Shown here in pieces: positions 58,001 through 64,000 of a stretch of DNA of 64,000 nucleotides. Origin of the DNA: the human T2T-CHM13v2.0 reference genome, Homo sapiens; assembly GCF_009914755.1 (NCBI RefSeq), contig NC_060935.1; one strand, 5' to 3'. How positions within the stretch are numbered: the first letter of the stretch is position 1; every line of letters starts with the position of its first letter. The notes under the pieces were generated by a model. It ran no database searches. It was not told where the DNA came from and saw nothing but the letters and a program-made list of their open reading frames with translations. Position numbers and translations under genes: made by a program.

Positions 58001-58830
58001 ATTGGAAGAAGGCAAACAGACTCAGAGTGACCATGCACTGAGAGAATTTGGTCAATACTCATTACAAGATATTTATTTCCTTTTGTTAAGGTCTACATAA
58101 ACCTACTGAATTAAGATAATAAGCTTCTAACTAGTACAATGACAGGTTTTTCTTAAATTTGCTGAAGGGGTAATATGAATTTTTCTTCCACAAGTTCTGG
58201 ATTTCTCTTGGGAAGACTTTATACAAGAAAGAAGTTGGAAGAAAGATAAAATCTTTCTGAAATTTCATTCCTGAAATGTTTGAAACAGAATCACAAGAAA
58301 ATAGGTAGCAGAGCAGTAGGTGGGGATATAGAATTATAAGTATTTTCCCCAAATAACTGAGACATCTCAAATCCCTGGCACAGAAACAACAAATATCTGC
58401 TTAATAAAATACTATTGAATTTCTTTAAAATATAATTAGATCATGTAGACAGAACTTATTTTTTCTTCCTAGTATATAATGTAAGTTGACTGGTGTAGAA
58501 GATCAAGCATTCAAGGAAAATACATTTTTTTTAATTGGGCTAATGACTGGAACCATTTTTTGCTCCACAGATTTAGGGTTCTGGCTCATGACACAGTAAA
58601 ATTAAGCATGCATAGGGGGCATACAGTAAATATATGAAATAATAAAAATTAAAATAACAGGACATAATAATTATTTACATTTGCATATTCTCTGTTTTTC
58701 TACTTTGTTTTTGCTGTTGTTGATTTTATTTTTCTTAAGTGGATTTGTATTCCCTTTTTTGGTTCTTACAACATTTGTGTGGTATACTTAAAAAAAAAAT
58801 CTTTACATTCACTCTAAATTTACTCATTTA

Positions 58831-59238
<408 letters not shown>

Positions 59239-59493
59239 TCACCCAGAAAAGGAAAGAGAGCCAAGAAGCTACATTTGATGACATATGTCCTATTTGGCCT
59301 TATTTCACCTTCCACACTACCTTTCAACAGTATAAAATATATTTAATATACCGACAAAATAGAGTCCTATTCACTTGGCTCCTAATACCTCGAGAGTTCC
59401 CTCCATTAGTGACCTTTCTACCAGTATCAAAAAAGTGTCAAAAAGAGCTCTAACACTGAACAAAGTCATATCAGACATGGAGAGAATAAGAAC

Positions 59494-59495
<2 letters not shown>

Positions 59496-59525
<30 letters not shown>
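59496..59525 (+). repeat. (GT)15 microsatellite
   Basis: Seen directly. Confidence 0.95.
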
Positions 59526-59527
<2 letters not shown>

Positions 59528-60009
59528 ATACACAACTCGCATAAATATATAAACTTTTATAACTACATATATATATAAAACACTTTTATAAGTAAAACAA
59601 AACAAGCTAATACAAACACAAATAAAAAAACAGTTCCCTCCATATGGTGTTCAATTTATAAATGCTTATTTTTAGGAGGATAGGAGAAAACCCGAAGTCT
59701 AAAGCTATTGATAAGACAATCCAAAAGTTATGTAAGCAGTGGATTATACAAATGAAATAATGTACTCTCCATGACTTGAGTAAAATTACTGAAGGATGAA
59801 TTAGTGACATTTCATACCTGATTTGACATCCCATAGTCAGTGCAGCTGCCATCATTAATATATATCTAGAGAACTGCAAATTGCATGGCAATTTAAATGT
59901 GATAATTGCTAGATATACAAAATTACTGGCCAATGACTAAGTTAAAATGACAAAATCTAGACAAGAATGTAATAATAAATTAGGTATGAATAAAACCAAA
60001 ATATGACAG

Positions 60010-60890
60010 TAGCCTTTGCACTGTACTCCTACTCTGCCATATTCCTACATTCCCCTTGAGTATAAAGAAAGAAGTGTCCTCATTCTTAGGAAATAGGTTA
60101 GAGAATGCCTCTAAAGAGACCCTATCCTTGATCAAGTCTTATCTCATCCATCTCCAGTTTTTTTTTACTTATCTTTTACCTTCAAACATGAATTTCCAAC
60201 TCTAATAAACTTAGATTTGGCCTCACAGGTGCTGCTGTCTCTATTTTTATCAAATGTCTTGAGTCAGAGATGTATGCCGACAATATCCTTTGTTTACTCA
60301 CCATATATTCCCTTTTTAAACTTTGTTATATAGGTCTTTATCTCAGTTGCAGGATTGGCATCGCTTTTCTAAGGCCACTAGCAACCTCAATCATACTGGA
60401 TTTGAAAAGACCATCCTTAAATTTCATTATTTTGCAAATATCAACCACTGGGTCCTTGCTCCCAGCTGCTCCCAGTCACCTCCCATCCTACAAACACACA
60501 AAAAAATCCTGTCACCTATATTCTTTTTATTCTTTCTGTATATTTCCCCCTAATTCTCCGTTGTTCTTATTTTTTTCTCTCTCAGAGTGTTTGTCAATTT
60601 TCAAGATACTAGCTATCACCTCTAAAGTAACTATCTTCAATCACAAGCTCTTAGCCAGATTCCAATCCCATATCTTCAATCCTCTATTTATTAAATCAAC
60701 TGGCAGGCACTTAACTGAGCTTGGTCATTCAGTAAACAAACCCTTAAAGATCTCACAGTCCAGAGCTAATCATTTTTACTAAATTCAAAATATCCAAATC
60801 CAAAGCTATCATTATATTTCTCCCAAATGCCACCTTCCCATTACTGAATCTTGCACTTTTGTTAATGCCATGACAATTCTCAAACTCACC
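60010..60890 (+). mobile_element. L2 body remnant
   Basis: C/T-rich L2-like sequence, e.g. ccagattccaatcccatatcttcaatcctctatt, aaattcaaaatatccaaatccaaagctatcat. Confidence 0.6.
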
Positions 60891-60891
60891 A

Positions 60892-61308
60892 TCACGAGTT
60901 GGGTTCTCCAGGAAGCAGACTCTAAGAAGGAGATTAGCATGCAGGAAACTTATTAGGGAGTGTTCTTGGGATCAACAACCATGAAAGGGTAGAGAAGAAA
61001 GCAGAATTGGGCACAAGGAGAAGTTGGACTATGATGAAGACTCAATGGAAGTCTCAGCTGACCCTACATAGAGCTCTGATCTCAGAGTTGCCTAAATTAG
61101 AGCAAGAAGGCCTAGCTTTCTTATCACATGGTGATTAATCATGGGAATGGGGCATGACTTTGAGCAAGGCCCCTCTCCTCAGGCCAGGCAATATATAGAG
61201 AGGACTAATGATTGAGGGCTGACTGTCAACAGAACCCCTAGCATCTAGAGGAATGAGTCCTTCATTACTAAAGGGGCATCTAGGCAGTGAATCATGACGT
61301 CCACCACA
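60892..61308 (-). mobile_element. LTR33-like ERVL solo LTR
   Basis: gttgggttctccaggaagcagactctaagaaggagattagcatgcaggaaacttattagggagtgttcttgggatcaaca...catgacgtccaccaca. Confidence 0.8.
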
Positions 61309-61339
61309 TTCACCAAAGCTTGAAATATATAAAATACTG

Positions 61340-61540
61340 AAAGGCATATGAGGTTTGGAGTTAAACAGAACAAGATTCCAACCTTATTTCCGTCAGTAAT
61401 TAACTGTCATCATAGGCAAGTTACTCAACTTCTCTGAATCGAAATTTTCCTATGAGATTTTGAAAATTTAGTGATACATATTATAAAAGCATTTGATCAA
61501 TTCTGGCTCCATAGCAGTTGCTTAATACATGTTAATTCTC
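61340..61540 (+). mobile_element. MIR
   Basis: aggtttggagttaaacag...ggcaagttactcaacttctctgaatc. Confidence 0.7.
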
Positions 61541-61619
61541 CTTCTCCCCTCCCCCATGAGTTATTTTTAAATATTCTCTTTCTTTTCCAAGCCCTAAGGC
61601 TTCCTCTGAAGTGACACTA

Positions 61620-62065
61620 TACATCAATAAAGTTATATAAAGACCCTACCTCTAGCTAGGACTATTCTAGGTGCTGCAAAGCCCACAGAGAGCAACGCTG
61701 ACAAGGTTCCTCCTTTGTGTAACTTAAATTATAAGAGGGAAGACAGGTAATAAATAGGTAAACTAGTAAATAAGATAATTTATGATAGTGAAGCTATGAT
61801 GAAAAGAATAAACAAACAGTGATGTGAAACAGAATGGTTGGTGTAGGAGGACTACTGTCTGATGAGGTGACACTGAGCTGAAAGCTGAAAACTAAGGAAG
61901 AGCCAATCTTGGGAGAACCAAGCAAAGGATGTGGGTAGAGGACATTTCTGACATGAGGAACCGAACAATAGTCCTAAGGCAAAATGATGCTTGCTTAGCA
62001 TATTCAAGGAGTGCATCATAGAACCATGAGTATATAGAGTACAAGATGAGGTTAGAGACATAGGT
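61620..62065 (-). mobile_element. L2 3' region (antisense)
   Basis: ggactattctaggtgctgc...gacaaggttcctcct...tctgatgaggtgacactgagctgaaagctgaaa. Confidence 0.75.
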
Positions 62066-62392
62066 TCTTGATGTTCTCTGTTAAAGTCCTATGACCATGG
62101 TAAGGCATCACCCCTGCATTAATATTGTGAGTATTTAATGGAATAAAATTCATGGAACACTAAGCACACTGCCCGATAATGGTAAGCACTCAACAAATAA
62201 ATATTATTATCATCATTACTATAGCTTCAACTGATCTTTTTAGATACACACTGTACTTTGACCCTATGTCCCACACATCACACAAAACTAGAAAAGGTCA
62301 GCATAGAATAAGGGGCAGAGACAGACAGAGGGGCAGACAATAGCTGCTGTGGACATAATTTGGTAATTTTTTAAATGTGATTTTACATTTTT

Positions 62393-62668
62393 TAAATTTT
62401 TTTGGAGACAACTTCTCACTGTCACCCAAGCTGCCATTCAGTAGTGTGATCATAGCTCATTGCAGCCTTGACCACATGGGCTCAAGTGATCCTCTCACCC
62501 AGCCTCCTGAATATCCAGGACCACAGGTGCATGCCACTGTGCCCAGCTAATTCTTCAGTATTTTTGTAGAGACAAGATCTCACTATGTTGCCCAAGCTGG
62601 TCTCAAACTCCCGGGCTCAAGCGATCCTCCCATCTCAACCTCCCAAAGTGCTGAGATTACAGGCGTGA
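62393..62668 (-). mobile_element. AluJ (Jo/Jr-like), slightly 5'-truncated
   Basis: gatcatagctcattgcagccttgac...gggctcaagcgatcctccc; 16-bp TSD gtgattttacattttt at 62377-62392 and 62665-62680, with gtga microhomology to the Alu. Confidence 0.9.
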
Positions 62669-63119
62669 TTTTACATTTTTAAATACAAAAATGACAATGT
62701 AAAATGTTTTTTCTGAGAGCCCCTACTTCATTCATGTGTTTAAAGTATATGGAATATATGCTGAATAAATTAGTAAGTGCTCATTTGATAATAAATGCTG
62801 TCTGAATTAATGAATGAATGTGAGAGGTAACTGAATGAGTGAATAAACAAGAACCTGGTAAGATCGCATTTGTTTTTAAGATTTCTGAAAGAGAACATCT
62901 TTTATAAGTATATTACCCCTACAGTATAACCCTGAAATGTCATATGCCCAAAAATGTTGGAAATATTTCCCATAAAAAGCATAAGAGCACTAAACACGAA
63001 CCATGACAAAAGGTATTATCTAGAGACTTTGCCAAAGATTGTGGCTAGAGGTAATTGAAAGTATCAGGATAACTGGTAAGAAGGTGTTAGCTAAAGGCAC
63101 CAAAATCTATTGATCGTAT

Positions 63120-63295
63120 GCTATAGTCCAAATACTGTGCTAGGCATTACTATACTTTTAATCTTCATAATCCTATGAATTGTAAACCTCATTTTATACA
63201 GAACAAACTGATCCTCAGAGAGGCGAATTTATCCAGTGATGCCCAAGATAACAAGAAGAGTTTGCCAGACTGCAAATCTCCTCTTTTCCCAGAAT
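63120..63295 (-). mobile_element. MIR
   Basis: tactgtgctaggca...ttaatcttcataatcctatga...cctcattttatacagaacaaactga. Confidence 0.7.
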
Positions 63296-64000
63296 GCAGA
63301 GAGTTAAAGAACCTGAAGGAATATTTTGTTTTACAAGAAAGAAGTGAAGCAGAACAAGGAAGTCATGAGTAATAGTAAACACAATGTCTTCCATTCACTG
63401 TTCACATTTTATTACATATTTACTCTTGAGTGAGAGATTAGTGAGATAGATGTGATTTCAGAGATGGGAAGTGGAGACAAAAGTTATTTCCCCAAAGTCA
63501 AATTAGAACAAAAATCAGAATGCAGCATCTATTGAGTTGCAGGATCAGCCTCCAACCATTCTGTGCATGTATATATACAAATGGGCTGATAGGCATTTTT
63601 CAAGGAAAACAAGACAAGCACATTCACCAAATTATACAGAAGTCTAAAAGATAGGAAAACGGTTTGTTAAAATCTACTCACAATATCTTTCCCTTGCCTA
63701 AGAGACTCCCTGGTGGAATATGAGAAATGGTATGCACATTAACTTGGTCAGACCACAAGCACCATTTACTTCCTCAGTGCTTCTACATAGAGCAAGTTTG
63801 CTATTATCAAGCACTTGATTATCTAAAACACTGCCCACACCAGGATGTTCACACAATCTACAGCAGAGTGATAGTTAATACTCATAAGGACAACACTGAG
63901 GCACTGAAACACACAGGTGAACCTTTGGGATTATGAAGGACTGACTAACAAATTTAAAATCCTTTCACTCTTAAGTGCATTTCATAGAATTTCATCTGCT

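Noticed and set aside
60270-60782. 170-aa plus-strand ORF
   Set aside because: Lies in a pyrimidine-rich L2 remnant; no recognisable domain or exon structure.

Overview
Primate (human-like) genomic DNA, AT-rich and dense in Alu, L1, L2 and MIR repeats. The window lies inside GUCY1A2 (soluble guanylate cyclase alpha-2), which is on the minus strand. Only two coding exons are present: a 62-nt exon at 43178-43239 (PQTIQQTLKRTLQYYEHQVIG) and a 122-nt exon at 35729-35850 (YRDAEKNFHNISNRCSYADHSNKEEIEDVSGILQCTANIL). I recognise these as coding exons 2 and 3. The rest is intronic: a full-length, gene-sense L1PA8-like element with target-site duplications (TSDs) and two nested Alus, 12 more Alus, older L1M/L2/MIR/L3/MER5/LTR33 remnants, and a probable Gypsy-type solo LTR. 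Most notable observations: (1) back-splicing exon 3 to exon 2 would give a 184-nt circle whose first AUG opens a 123-aa ORF that crosses the junction twice, uses all three frames and stops on a UGA overlapping its own AUG; (2) a 187-bp locally templated insertion flanked by an 11-bp TSD; (3) a hairpin over the exon 3 donor. Gene and repeat names come from sequence recognition without database searches. Boundaries of old repeats are approximate, and subfamily calls are tentative.
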